Shown: positions 14,102 through 27,953 of the stretch, in pieces
Layout of the letters: each line of letters starts with the position of its first letter
Numbering within the stretch: the first letter of the stretch is position 1
Assembly: GCA_951406725.2 (NCBI GenBank)
Contig: OX597828.1
Span: 45,818,001 to 45,882,000, forward strand
From: Octopus vulgaris
Taxonomy: Eukaryota
Length of the DNA: 64,000 bases
Direction: 5' to 3'
The notes under the pieces: generated by a model
The model's database searches: none
What the model was told of the DNA's origin: nothing
What the model saw: the letters and a program-made list of their open reading frames with translations, nothing else
Translations under genes and position numbers: made by a program

Positions 14102-14515
14102 GGCGCAGGAGTGGCTGTGTGGTAAGTAGCTTACTAACCAATCACATGTTTCCGGGTTCAGTCCCACTGCGTGACATCTTGGGCAAGTGTCTTCTGCTAT
14201 AGCCCCGGGCCGACCAAAACCTTGTGAATGGATTTGGTAGACGGAAACTAAAAGAAGCCTGTCGTATATATGTATACATATATATATATATATGTATGTG
14301 TGTGTGTTTGTGTGTCTGTGTTTGTCCCCCTAGCATTGCTTGACAACCGATGCTGGTGTGTTTACGTCCCCGTCACCTAGCGGTTCGGCAAAGGAGACCG
14401 ATAGAATAAGTACTGGGCTTACAAAGAATAAGTCCCGGGGTCGATTTGCTCGACTAAAGGCGGTGCTCCAGCATGGCCGCAGTCAAATGACTGAAAGAAG
14501 TAAAAGAGTAAAAGA

Positions 14516-14517
<2 letters not shown>
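14102..14517 (+). mobile_element. SINE family A, full length
   Basis: ggcgcaggagtggctgtgtgg...ggttcagtccc...gtaaaagagtaaaagag. Confidence 0.9.
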
Positions 14518-14562
<45 letters not shown>

Positions 14563-14771
14563 TATTTGAGTAATTGAATGAATTATCTTATTAAGGATAA
14601 TTCGAAAGATAACCGATACCTGGGTAGCAAATTCACATCAGAAAGAACACGGTTGAAGCTACGTTGCTAGGGCGTAGACTACGTGTCTTCGTGCGGAAAT
14701 TTGTATGTTTATTTTAAAATTATAAGTATATGAAAGAATGGAGTTGAACGAATAGTTAACAAATATCCTTT

Positions 14772-14856
14772 ATTTTCGACATATGTTTCGAAGGCTGCAT
14801 ATTCCTAATTCCGAAGGAATAAGGAGTACATTATGCAGATTTCTCTTCAGGAAAAT
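14772..14856 (-). ncRNA. Type I hammerhead ribozyme motif with extended stem II
   Basis: Minus strand: AUUUUC CUGAAGA GAA-AU-CUGCAUA...UAUGCAG-CC-UUC GAAAC AUAU GUC GAAAAU. Perfect 6-bp stem I, intact core, GUC triplet. Confidence 0.85.
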
Positions 14857-15196
14857 CAGGGAAACTTATGTCGACATCAAAATGCACAAAAAACTTTTAG
14901 CTGACCGCTCTCAAGGAGCCCATGGTGATAATAAATAAATAATAAATAAAGCCAAGAACATATTTTTAAATGTGGTACTTATTCTATCGTTCTTATTTGC
15001 CGATACGTGATGCTTCGGGGACGTAAACAAACCTACACTCATTGTCGAGCCGTTGTACGGGGCAAACATAAACACATACAAACACACACACACATACATA
15101 CATACATACATACATACATACATACATACATACATACATACATACATGCATACATACATACATACATACATACATACATACATACATACATACATA

Positions 15197-15608
15197 CGTG
15201 GCTGTGTGGTAAGTAGATTTCTTATCAACTACATGGTCCCGGGTCCAGTTCCACTGCGTGGAATCTTGGGCAAGTCTCTTCTACTATAACCTCGGGCCGA
15301 CCAAAGCCTTGTGAGTGGATTTGGTAGACGGAAACTGAAAAGAAGCCCGTCGTATATATGTATATATATATATATGTATATATGTACGTGTGTGTATATG
15401 TTTGTGTGTCTGTGTTTGTCCCCCTAACATCGTTGACAACTGATGGTGATGTGTTTACGTCCCCGTAACATAGTGGTTCGGCAAAAGATACCGATAGAAT
15501 AAGTACTAAGTTTACAAATATAAAGTCCTGGGATCGATTTGCTCGACTAAAGGCGGTGCTCCAGTATGGCCGCAGTCAAATGACTGAAACAAGTAAAAGA
15601 GTAAAGAG
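15197..15608 (+). mobile_element. SINE family A
   Basis: Head, body and tail all match family A. Confidence 0.88.
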
Positions 15609-15909
15609 TGTACACACAATAAGCATATATCAATGCTACAAGCTACTTCCAGTTTCCCGTCTACGAAATCCACCCACGTGGCTTTGGTCGGCTCGGTTCT
15701 ATGGCAGAGAACTCCTGCTGAAGGTTCCACGTAGCGGGACCGGACCAAGAAGCATGTGGCTTGGAAGTGAACAAATTCCTAGATTAATTACTTAGGAAAC
15801 GGGACTTTATAATTAACAGACATTCGCGTAAGTCACCAAAGAATGGAACAATAACCAGAGCCGAGTCGTTGCGATGCAGATTTCTTCAACCAATCGTCGA
15901 ACGTCACAG

Positions 15910-15978
15910 CCCCAGTTTGAACCTAAATTTTTATATCTCAGAGTTCTACGCTTTAACCATTCGGCTACTTCGCTAGCG
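15910..15978 (-). mobile_element. Degenerate tRNA-like (Pol III) head, probably an old SINE
   Basis: Minus strand has A box tagccgaatgg and B box ggttcaaac at tRNA spacing; no intact acceptor stem. Confidence 0.45.
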
Positions 15979-16537
15979 CAACCATCTACGTACAATCCCA
16001 GTCGTGACTACAGACGGTTCCAATAAAAACGGAAATATAAAATATAATATCGTGCCATTAATAACTCGTTTATTTCCGCTAACCCTTGTAACAATGTCAC
16101 GCATTTCTGATGTTTAAATTTCTCCTCTTACTTCTTCACACCATAATTAAACATACCCGTATTTGCACGCCGTGCGGCTTCCATCCGTCTTAAAAGCGTG
16201 CGCCTTCATATATTTATATATATACTTTTTAACTTAGTTTTCTATTTGTTTTATTTATTGTTTTTCTTCGTTTTTTTGTTTGTTTTTGTTTGTTTTTCTC
16301 TATTGAAAATCCCGCTTTGTGGGGTGTCTTTGTTTATATTTTGTTGATAAGCAACCGAGTACTTTACTGGCCGAGATATAGAGGATATTCAAAATAACGG
16401 CAACCCGGATATGAAATAATAACATTTTATGCGACAACCATTGGTTCCCTTCCTCAAAATAAAAATTACCCCACCCCACCCCATCTCCCTTTGTCACCAA
16501 GTATACACGGGTATATATTTATATCTATCTATCGATG

Positions 16538-16577
<40 letters not shown>

Positions 16578-16639
16578 AATATGTACACATACATGTATAT
16601 GTATATCTACAGACACACAAACACACACACACACACACA

Positions 16640-16742
<103 letters not shown>

Positions 16743-17526
16743 ATGTACATGTATATGTGTGTGTATATATATATAAATAAATTTACATAGATATGCATAG
16801 ATACACGCACATATACATAGATACGTATGCATGTACATAGATACTTGCATACACAAACACACACATACATATATGTATGTACGTATGTGTGTGTATATAT
16901 ATGTATGTATGCATACACTCCTTTAATTATGTGGACTTTGAACCGATTTAATGCATTCGACTGCCATAGAACGAATGGCATGTCACTGTGTGCCGCCACG
17001 AAGAGATCTTTATTGCAAAGGAGGGATGAAGTAGTAATTATGATTTTTCTTGAAATTGGTTTAACCTTGAAGTGCTGGTGGGAGTGATACACGAGGAAGA
17101 AGAGGAGGGGGAGGAGGAAAATGAGGAGGTGGTGATGTTCAAATAACTACCGGAGTCTCTAAGTATACATTCGCCCCCGTTTAAGATATTGCTTAATAAC
17201 TGTATATAATACAACAGTTCAAAATATATACCTCTTATGTAATGCATTCATAAGTTAATACATTAACATGTGTTACACAAGAGTGTGCGTGTATGTGTCT
17301 ATGTGTGTTTGTGTGTTTGTGTGTGTGTATGTGTCTTATTTTCATTCTACTGCGTATACTCAACCCACACTCTAACACTAAACCATACCCTTACAGTTAC
17401 TCAAGGACCGATAATTTCGTGCATGATACCTAGCGAATTGTATATATGTAGACACACGTACACAAATTCACATACATACATATATGCATACACACATATA
17501 TAGATAGATATAGATATAAATATATC

Positions 17527-17608
<82 letters not shown>

Positions 17609-17614
<6 letters not shown>

Positions 17615-17905
17615 AGGAGTGGCTGTGTGGTAAGTAACTTGTTTACCAACCACATGATTCCGGGTTCAGTCCCACTGCGTGGCACCTCGGGCAAAGCCTT
17701 GTGAGTGGATTTGGTAGACGGAAACTGAAAGAATCCCGTCTTATATATATATATATATATATATATACGACAGGCTTCTTTCAGTTTTCGTCTACCAAAT
17801 CCACTCACAAGGCATTGGTCGGCACGGGGCTATAGCAGAAGGCACTTGCCCAAGATGCCACCCAGTGGAACTGAACCCGCAACCATGTGGTTGGTTAGCA
17901 AGCTA
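17609..17905. mobile_element. Two truncated SINE A copies in inverted orientation (17609-17740 +, 17765-17905 -)
   Basis: ttgtgagtggatttggtagacggaaactgaaagaa and its reverse complement are separated by ~25 bp of (TA)n. Confidence 0.85.
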
Positions 17906-18069
17906 CACACACACATATATATATATATATATAAATATATATATGTGTGTGTGTGTTTGTGTGTCTTCGCTTGTCTGAATATTAATAAAAATATACATAT
18001 ATCATGTTTTGAGGTCTACTTTCCTATTTGCATCAACATACATACCCCCTTCCCTCCACACACATATAT

Positions 18070-19260
18070 TATGTTGAGTCATAAATAATTTCTGATTTAG
18101 TTAAATAACTTTACTCCTGAAAAGATTTTGCAAAGAATTATTTTTAATTATTATTACATTTGCCTTTATTTTGAACGACCGCCTGTCATTTATCATGTAG
18201 CTTTTTGATTCCTCTCGAGAAAAATTCACCTGACTTCGACATGAAGACATTTTTCGCATACATTTTCACCTGATCTTCTTGAGGAAATTTTTTCCCCACC
18301 AGAGCATTTTGTAGAAAGCGAAGAAGAGGGAAATCAGTTGATGCAATGTTTTGTAAATTTGGTTTATGGGGTAGAACAGACCAGCCCAGATTCAAAATTT
18401 TCTCCTGCGTGATTCTTGTTGAATGTGGTATTGTGTTATTGCGGGAAAACCCAATGTTTCTCCTATTAACGAGTGCAGAGATTTTCCTAAAAGATTTTCA
18501 TTCACACATTGCAGATGTTGAGAATGTAAGTTTAGTGTTTGATTGCAGCCTAAAAACTCAAAATGAATAATATGGCAGTTGGATGGAAGCACTCCGTCGG
18601 TTACGACGACGAGAGTTCCGGTTGATCCGAATCAACGGAACAGCCTGCTCGTGAAATTAACGTGTAAGTGGCTGAGCCCTCCACAGACACGTAGTTCTCG
18701 GGGATATTCAGCGTGACACAGAGAGTGACAAGGCCGGCCCTTTGAAATACAGGTACAACAGAAACAGGAAGTAAGAGTGAGAGAAAGTTGTGGTGAAAGA
18801 GTACAGCAGGGATCACCACCATCCCCTGCCGGAGCCTCGTGGAGCTTTAGGTGTTTTCGCTCAATAAACACTCACAACGCCCGGTCTGGGAATCGAAACC
18901 GCGATCCTATGACCGCGAGTCCGCTGCCCTAACCACTGGGCCATTGCGCCTCCACAAATATGACAGTTATCCCACCACACACATATCATAACCTCTTTCA
19001 ATGGAGCTCAACCCTTGAGGTAGGTTGTGGAGATTTGTCCTTGTTAGTCCACTGCCTTTTGCGTTGAACATTGTCATAAAAGGCCCATTTCTCATAACCT
19101 GTAAAGATATTATTGAGAAGCAAGTAATTTCTCTGTCTTGAAAGAAGACTTGTCGCTCTGGTCACGTGATCTTCCCTATTCTTCGCAGGAAGAATATGGG
19201 GAACCTATACCCCGCAACTTGCAGACTTTTCCTATCTTTTCCAAGTGGCGACAGTTATGT
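18070..19260 (-). mobile_element. Decayed mariner transposase, interrupted by SINE C
   Basis: LGWSVLPHKPNLQNIASTDFPLLRFLQNALVGKKF...FFSRGIKKLHDK* matches the mariner C-terminus LGWEVLPHPPYSPDLAPSDYHLF; many stops and frameshifts. Confidence 0.8.
18582..18955 (-). mobile_element. tRNA(Arg)-like SINE family C with 12-bp TSD
   Basis: Head ggaggcgcaatggcccagtggttagggcagcggactcgcgg...gtttcgattccc; TSD aatatggcagtt (18569-18580) / aatatgacagtt (18957-18968). Confidence 0.88.
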
Positions 19261-19381
19261 CACGTGTGCTGAGGCATTTTATATTAAGATATAACTGGGG
19301 TACTTATGTGTACACATGACTTTTACTTCGGCTTTTTATTTCCATGGATGCATGTAAGTATTTCATTTATTTGTTATCGTA

Positions 19382-19443
19382 TTTTCTACTGAAGAGGAAA
19401 AAAATCTATGGGATTAATTCCGAAATTGATTCAATATAGAAAA
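19382..19443 (+). ncRNA. Type I hammerhead ribozyme motif, canonical core
   Basis: UUUUCUA CUGAAGA GGAA..AAUCU-AUG-GGAUU..UUCC GAA AUUG-AUU-CAAU A UAGAAAA. 7-bp stem I, G-C-closed stem II, 4-bp stem III, AUA triplet. Confidence 0.85.
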
Positions 19444-19601
19444 AACAACTTTAAAAAAAAAGTTCTATTCACTAGCTTCTCGATTTCAGCACAACGTATT
19501 TCTGTAGTAGGTATATAATGATATGTGGAAATTGAAGATTTAAGAGTCTGTTATCAGCATATTCGCATAGAAATAATTTTCTTTTGCCTTTGTTTATAAG
19601 T

Positions 19602-19639
<38 letters not shown>

Positions 19640-19774
19640 GCGAAATAGTCGCTGTGTGGTAAGTAGCTTCCTTACCAACCACATGGTTCTGGGTTTAGTC
19701 CCACTGCGTGGCACCTTGGGCAAGTGTCTTCTACTATAGCCTCGGGCCTACCACAGCCTTGTGCGTGGATTTGG

Positions 19775-20079
19775 TACTAATAGTCGTGATTCATATCGAG
19801 CCCTTCTGGGTATTAGTGCGCGTCTACGATGAGTCTACGATTTTAAAAATAATTTACCATCATTTTTTTTCCATTTTAATGCATTTTTTTCGTTATTATA
19901 TAAGGGAAGTAACTCTCTAAAACTGTCTACGATGAGTCAACGATTTTAAAAAAATTTACCATAATTTTTTTTTCCATTTTTAAAGCATTTGTTTGCTATT
20001 TTTTTTGGCTATAACTCTCTAAAAATGCTTTATAGTTATTTCCCTTACAAACCCGAGCAACGCCGGGTGATACTGCTAG
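19775..20079 (+). mobile_element. Non-autonomous Helitron (follows a truncated SINE A at 19638-19775)
   Basis: 3' hairpin acccg-agcaacgc-cgggt, then CTAG followed by T; internal ~100-bp tandem duplication (gtctacgatgagtc.acgattttaaaa). Confidence 0.75.
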
Positions 20080-20628
20080 TTTAAAATATATACAAATACA
20101 CACACGTATATACATTAAAAGTTGCCTAAAGACACGCGCATATTCGTACATATTGAAATTACATGCGATGTTGCTCCCACACATCATAATATTTTTGTGC
20201 ACTCACAACACCCCCAAACACAAGCACCCACACAAACAAACCACCATTCACACCTCGCTTGCTTTATGCACATAAGATGTACAACCACAGCTTCAATTTT
20301 AACACTTATGTTATATATTAGACGTAATCAGAAAGGAAACTGCACCCATACACATACGTATGTCAATAAAAATGACGACGACGACGACGATGGAGGCAGC
20401 GGTGGCGATGACGATGATTATGGCAATCTTTTAGGTTTTACCTTTTGTCTTGTTTCAGTCATTAGACTGTGACCAGGCTGGGGCACTGCTTGGAGGCATG
20501 TTAGTCGAATGAATCGACCCGTTGCTACGGTTTTTCTTCAAGCTTGGCATCTATTTCATTCGGTGTCTTTTGCCTTACCACTAAATTGAGGAGATGCTAA
20601 CCCACAAAACAGGTTGTGATGCAGTAGT

Positions 20629-20672
<44 letters not shown>

Positions 20673-20981
20673 CACAAACACACACACACACACGCGCGCA
20701 CGCGCGCACACACGCACACACACGCACGCACACACACACATACACACACACGCACGCACACACACACACACATACACACATATATACGACGGTTTTCTTT
20801 CAGTTTTCGTCTACCAAATTAACTTACAAATGAGTGGTCGAACTGCAGATATACTGGAAGGCCACTTACCCAGTGCGCCACTCAGTGGAACTGAACCTGG
20901 AACCACGAGGTTTGGAAGCAAACTTCTTACTATGTACCCATACCTGCACCTATCGACACACCCATAATAATAATAATAATA

Positions 20982-21480
20982 ATAGCGGTTCTGACCCTAA
21001 ATGCAGAATCTGCGATACGTTTGATGAAGCAATAGACCATCTGATCTCGGGATAACCTGTTCTGACACCAAACGAATACAAAAATCACCACGATAAGGTA
21101 GGGCAGTATTTACATTGGAAAATATGTAAATACTACAAAATCAACACTTCTGCTTACTGGTATGAACATCATCCTGAGTTAGTCGTTGAAAGTGAAAATG
21201 TTACTATCCTCTGGGATTTTCCAGCCAACACCGACAGAACGATCCAAGCTAATCGACCCTTACTAATGACGGAAAAAATACTCGTAAACTAATAGATGTA
21301 AGTGTTCCCGCTGATAAAAACATATCTGTAAAGGAATTGAATTGACAAATCAACTAAATACAAGGAGTTGGAATACAGTGGGTATCCTAGGTATGATAAG
21401 AAAGGGATGTTAAAAATAATCGAGAAAAGATCCCAGAATAATCATGTCTCAGAGAAATCCCAAATGTTGTTCTGACAACC
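20982..21480 (+). mobile_element. R4/Dong-like fragment: CCHC knuckle and REL domain, decayed
   Basis: DPKCRICDTFDEAIDHLISG*...NHHDKVGQYLHWKIC...VTILWDF..TDRTIQANRP; starts at (AAT)n. Confidence 0.85.
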
Positions 21481-21489
21481 CTATCCATT

Positions 21490-22420
21490 TAAATACCTAA
21501 GTTGTATTACATGAAGAAAATTCGCTACTGCCCCGGGCACAAGATCTCCAATTTCTGGCAAAAAGATCTAACAGAAATACATCAGACGCTGGCCGAGAAA
21601 TTCAACGAGATACTAGAAGAGCCAGAGACAACACCTGAATGGCTCATAGAAGGGAAAACTTATCCTAATAGCCAAATCCACTGGAACGGCAAACCCGCAA
21701 AACTACAGACCTATAACTTATCTCCCTACAATTTACAAAGCTTTAACTGCAATAATATCGCAGAGAATGCGCAAACATCTGGAAGAAAAAAACTTGTATC
21801 CAGAAGGGATGATGTAAGGGCTCATATGGCTGTAGAGATCAGCTATTCATCAATAAAGCTATAACTGAAGACAGCCGATTGAAAAAGAAGGGTCTAAGCA
21901 TGGTTTAGATCGATTATCGAAAGGTTTTGATAGTATTCCCCACTCATAGATCCTCGAATCACTAGCCAGGAACAAAGCAGTATCAATAATATAATAGATA
22001 AAACATTCCATGAATAAATGGCAAACAGTCCTACAACTCCAGAGAAAAGAAGGACTCATAACAACTAAAGCCATCCCCATTAGAAGAGGAATATTCCAAG
22101 GACACACGCTCTCATCATTCCTTTTCTGTTTAGCACTGACATCTCTAACTGACAAGCTAAACAGAACTGGATGTGGATACAACTGCTACGGTAAAACAAT
22201 TGATCATCTCTTGTATATGGATAATCTTAAATTGTATGCTGTAAATGATAAGCAGCTGAAAATATTACTACAAACGGTGCATAGATTTACCAAAGAAATA
22301 AACATGAATTTCGGTTTTAAAATGTGCCAAAATCAACCGTGAAAAGAGGAAAAGTAGTTAAGAGTAGCAACATCACACTAGATAAAGCAAATGAAATACG
22401 AAAATTAGACTAAAGCCGGA
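21490..22420 (+). mobile_element. R4/Dong-like reverse transcriptase fragment, decayed
   Basis: PEWLIEGKT, IRRGIFQGHTLSSFLFCLAL and HLLYMDNLKLY; frameshifted. Confidence 0.85.
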
Positions 22421-22712
22421 CATATATATATAATATGGCCAAGCCTGACATTTCTTTCTTGGTTCGACTACCATCCGTGCAACATCTATATTCCTCCTCA
22501 TGCCCATCTTTTATGTCCCTGATGTAAGCTTCACTTCCACACACACCAGCTTAATCTAATTCGTCCTTAGTCGAAACACACCTGTTGTTAATGTGCTTTT
22601 ATTTGCATTTGTATTTGTGTAACATTTCTCCGTTTTATTCTCGTGTCTCTTTTTTGTATCATCTGACTGGATGTTTTGCGTTCTTGTCCCATGTTTTTGT
22701 ATTCCTTTATAT

Positions 22713-22743
<31 letters not shown>

Positions 22744-22775
22744 TACACATACATATATATATATATATATATATG

Positions 22776-22814
<39 letters not shown>

Positions 22815-23070
22815 CCTCACCTTATCTGGAACTCTTTCTTCACACTCCTCAACGTAAACATAACGATCTAAGAAATTTGAAAAGCTGAACGCGAAACTGG
22901 TAATTTCTTCAAAAACTATGTCATTGTATGAAAAAAATTTATAACATTCTTCAGACATAATGACTCAAATATATATTTTTTAACCTTTTAAAACAAGCCT
23001 TCTGTAGTTTTCTCACTTTTTACTATTTTCTATATATTCAACCACGTGATTTCACACACCAACTTTCTCA

Positions 23071-23128
<58 letters not shown>

Positions 23129-23562
23129 AATTAAGAAAGAATATACATATATATGCGTGTACATATGTATAAATACATGCATATATACATTTGTGTGTGT
23201 AGATATATATAGGCAGATAGATAGACAGACAGATAGCTCGTTTGATTGGTAGAAATCTTTGTGTTGTATAGTGAATGAATTTATGCCTGCGTTCGCGCAC
23301 GCACGTGTGCGTGTTCATGTGTGTGCATGCGTGTGTTCTTTATCGATTTGCGGATTTTAATTGCTTATCACACACTTGTTTCACATTTCATATGTAATGT
23401 ATAATAAATACATAGAAAATACTCAATAATCCAGATAATCTAATCCCTTACCATGATGTAGCTGTTGTAATCTTTCTCAATGTTAGAAATAGGAGTGACA
23501 TCTGTTTCACATGATATTCAGCTCTCTTTAAATTTAAAAGTACACGTTGTACAATGTAACCC

Positions 23563-23634
<72 letters not shown>

Positions 23635-23700
23635 TAATAATAATAATAATAATGATAATAATAATAATAATACTACTACTACTACTACTAATAATACTAC

Positions 23701-23740
<40 letters not shown>

Positions 23741-23747
<7 letters not shown>

Positions 23748-23946
23748 ACATAACAAAAACACCAGGACTTACAAACACATACAACATACAGAAAATTGCA
23801 CTACTAGGCACTGCACACATCCTACGCAGAACACTTTCCATACAATAACCATCAGAGCATCACAGCAAATCACAGCACATACCCAAGGCCCACAGAGCTG
23901 CGCTCGGTAGTGAAGTGAAAGCACGCAATAAAAATAAAACGACTGA
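23741..23946 (+). mobile_element. R4/Dong-like 3' end inside (AAT)n
   Basis: KYITKTPGLTNTYNIQKIALLGTAHILRRTLSIQ* plus 3' UTR; same sequence as 42150-42390 (-) and 40130-40330 (-). Confidence 0.85.
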
Positions 23947-23954
23947 ATAATAAC

Positions 23955-23988
<34 letters not shown>

Positions 23989-24349
23989 TTAATAATAATA
24001 ATAATAATAGTAATAATAATTATAATAATAAAAACAATGTCGAAATCTTCACATAAAATCAACTGTAAGATTCAATACGCATAACATGAAAGCAACTGAT
24101 TTATCTAAGTCAACTATCAAAATTACACATATCATGTATTAAGTTGTATCGAAGCGTTACGAACGATTAAAGTGTGCGATACAAATTATATAACGCACTG
24201 CACAGCGTAATCAATTGATTAATAAATGAAATCTTATATATGGAATGAAGAAGCTTCTATGTAAAATAATATTTACTTACAAAAATATTGATTCATTGAT
24301 TCATTCAAGGTGGATATGATTGATACAATGACTATACTACTATATAATT

Positions 24350-24679
<330 letters not shown>

Positions 24680-24774
24680 CCCAGCGTGGTAGCGATTCTG
24701 CCAGCTCACTGTCCCAGCCCATCTAGCATTCACATTATTCCGCCAAGCGTAATGTTTATAGTATATATTGTATA

Positions 24775-25226
24775 TTAGTTCAAACGTAAAATCTGTTCTT
24801 CTGTATGGCTCTGAAACATAGAGAGGCGTCTGCAGCAACTACAAGAAGATCCAGACCTTCATCAACAAATGTCTCCGGTAGATCCTCCATCTGAAGTGGT
24901 TGACAGAGTGCCAAACACCTACCTGTGGGAAAGGGCCAACCAAGAGCTCGTACACGTTCAGATTAGACGAAGGAAATGGAGATGGATTGGACACACACTG
25001 CGGAAAGAACCTTCAAATTTGACACGACAATCACTTGACTGGAACCCGCAGGGGAAAAGGAAGCGAGGGCGCCCGAAGCAGACATGGAAGCGGAGCATTT
25101 TGGGCGAGCTCAGGACCACCGGCCTGACATAGGAAGCAGTCAAGAAACACGCCAATGGCTGCAAAAAGTGGAAAACAACTGATGAGGTCCTATGCACTAC
25201 AAGGGGCAAAAAGGTTTAAGAAGAAG
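24775..25226 (+). mobile_element. RTE-clade LINE 3' fragment
   Basis: [13 protein letters not shown] ... IRRRKWRWIGHTLRK...LDWNPQGKRKRGRPKQTW; short (AAG)n tail. Confidence 0.9.
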
Positions 25227-25234
25227 TTTTCAAA

Positions 25235-25545
25235 TTTTGGCAGAAGGCCAGCACTTTTAGGGAAAGGGGACTAGTTGATTATGTTGATCCCAGTGTTCAG
25301 CTGGTATTAATTTTATCGACTGCGGTAGGATGAAAGGCAAAGTCGACCTCGGCAGAATTTGAACTAAGTGAAAGGGACAATTAGATTGCATAGATCCCAG
25401 TGCTTGACTGGTACTTATTTTATCGATCCCGAAACGATGAAAGCTAAAGTGGGTCTCAGTGGAATTTGAACTCAGAACATGAATACGTTGAAATGTCGCT
25501 AAGCATTATCCCAGGCGTGCCAACGGTTCTCCCAGCTCGCCGCCC
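25235..25545 (-). mobile_element. SINE family B, two degenerate pieces
   Basis: Two copies of the gatgaaag.caaagt...gaatttgaact block. Confidence 0.7.
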
Positions 25546-25873
25546 TATACGTCGTATATATATATATACCGAAATATTTACTCATATATGAGTGGCCTAG
25601 CCATTGATAATTTGATTCATTGCATAGGATGGGGAGCATCTGTCAACTATGATAGGTAAACAGATGAATAGAAAAAAAGAGCGATATATAGGTATATTCA
25701 AACGTATGCAGATAGATAGACAGACAAACAAACATACATACATAATACATACAGACATACAGATATACAGACAAATAGATAGTAGCATGGATACCTGGAA
25801 GCACAGATGGATGGATGAAAAGATAGGTTTATAAAGTTGATTGGAAACAAGACAAATTTGTATATATTCGTCA

Positions 25874-25926
<53 letters not shown>

Positions 25927-25927
<1 letters not shown>

Positions 25928-26328
25928 TCTCTCTCTTTACTCTTTTACTTCTTTCAGTCATTTGACTGCGGCCATGCTGGAGCACCGCCTTTAGTCGAGC
26001 AAATCGACCCCGGGACTTATTCTTTGTAAGCCCAGTACTTATTATATCGGTCTCTTTTGCCGAACCGCTAAGTGACGGGGACGTAAACACACCAGCATCG
26101 GTTGTCAAGCAACGCTAGGGCGACAAACACAGACACACAAACACACACTTATATGTATACATATATACGACAGGCTTCTTTCAGTTTCCGTCTACCAAAT
26201 CCACTCAGAAGGCTTTGGTCGGCCCGAGGCTATAGTAGAAGACACTTGCCCAAAGTGCCACGCAGTGGGACTGAACCCGGAACCATGTGGTTGGTAAGCA
26301 AGCTACTTACCACACAGCCACTCCTGCG
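25927..26328 (-). mobile_element. SINE family A, full length
   Basis: Near-identical to other family A copies. Confidence 0.9.
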
Positions 26329-26375
26329 TATATATATATCAATATACATATACATGTATGCATGAATGCTTATAT

Positions 26376-26418
<43 letters not shown>

Positions 26419-26553
26419 GGTTTATGTTTTGTGTGTTTGTATGTATATACGTACGTATATACATACATGTGGTGCTTCTGAATAAGCGTTTTGGGTGTGT
26501 AACCAAATCTAATTTATCACCAAAATACATAAATAATACCTACAAGCATATAT

Positions 26554-26600
<47 letters not shown>

Positions 26601-26664
26601 TACATACATACACTCGCACACGTATACACACATATATATGTATGTATGCATGTATGTATGTATG

Positions 26665-26705
<41 letters not shown>

Positions 26706-26732
26706 AACCGCACACACATACAGACACATACA

Positions 26733-26794
<62 letters not shown>

Positions 26795-26798
26795 GTAT

Positions 26799-26842
<44 letters not shown>

Positions 26843-26963
26843 TATGCACACAAGACATTGGCGCATGTGAATACGTGTATGTGTGAGTGCGAGTGTTGAT
26901 TAAAAGGCAGATAGGGCAAGACATGTTGCTAGCAGGCCAAGTAACCTAGAAAATAATAATAAT

Positions 26964-27006
<43 letters not shown>

Positions 27007-27208
27007 TCGGTTCAGTAATATCATCAACACAAGGCAGAGCTCTCGTAGATCCATCATATTAAAAATAGACATTTTACATGCAATATACAAACAAATGGAG
27101 CGATCACTCTCTCTCTCTCTCCCTACCAACTAACTCTCTCACTGACTCACTCACTCACTCACTCACTCACTCACTCACTCACTCACTCACTCACTCACTC
27201 ACTCTCTC

Positions 27209-27243
<35 letters not shown>

Positions 27244-27548
27244 TCCACTCTCCCTTTGTGACTCGATTCCTCTCTACCATTCTTTCCTTCCGCCTGTTTC
27301 TTACGCACTCAATCCTTTTGCTTCACGCACACAACCTGACGTCATTTCTTTCTTATTCTGTTTTTATTTATTTTATTTTCTTACCTTCCATATAGGTCTG
27401 TGTTTATGCATTCGTAAGTGCGTACGTGTGTGTGTGTGTGTGTGTGTGTGTGGTTGTATGCTGCTTCTCACGAACAACAAAAAAGTACTTAATACATTGT
27501 ATGATGTAGGTGACTGTATAGGTATGGTTAAATATGCGTACACATATA

Positions 27549-27607
<59 letters not shown>

Positions 27608-27745
27608 CGGAGATGTACTCGCATAGCAAGTAATTTGATCTGAGATCGTGTGCTGAAACGAAAACAATTGCAGCGTGGGAGGTGTTTATAAGCCATTTAA
27701 GAAACACACAAAAGCCGTTCGATTCACTCCAACATTTAAGTTTAA

Positions 27746-27795
27746 TTTGTCAAAATATTTTCGTCGCTAAAATCCGCGACCTGTTCACTGACAAA
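27746..27795 (-). ncRNA. Minimal type I HHR-like motif, G3-C8 core variant
   Basis: Minus strand: UUUGUCA GUGAACA G GUCGC-GGAUUUUA-GCGAC GAA AAUAUU U UGACAAA. Confidence 0.6.
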
Positions 27796-27828
27796 GTCCG
27801 TGCTGCATCTCAGAGATGCAGCACGGAC

Positions 27829-27878
27829 TTTGTCAGTGAACAGGTCGCGGATTTTAGTGACGAAAATATTTTGACAAA
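27829..27878 (+). ncRNA. Minimal type I HHR-like motif, G3-C8 core variant
   Basis: UUUGUCA GUGAACA G GUCGC-GGAUUUUA-GUGAC GAA AAUAUU U UGACAAA. 7-bp stem I, 5-bp stem II, palindromic stem III. Confidence 0.6.
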
Positions 27879-27953
27879 TTAAACTTAAATGTTGGAGTGA
27901 ATCGAACGGTTTTTGTGTTTCTTAAATGGCTTATAAACACCTCCCACGCTGCA

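Noticed and set aside
18880-18955. Functional tRNA-Arg gene
   Set aside because: No proper acceptor stem or terminator; it continues into a SINE body and is bounded by a TSD.
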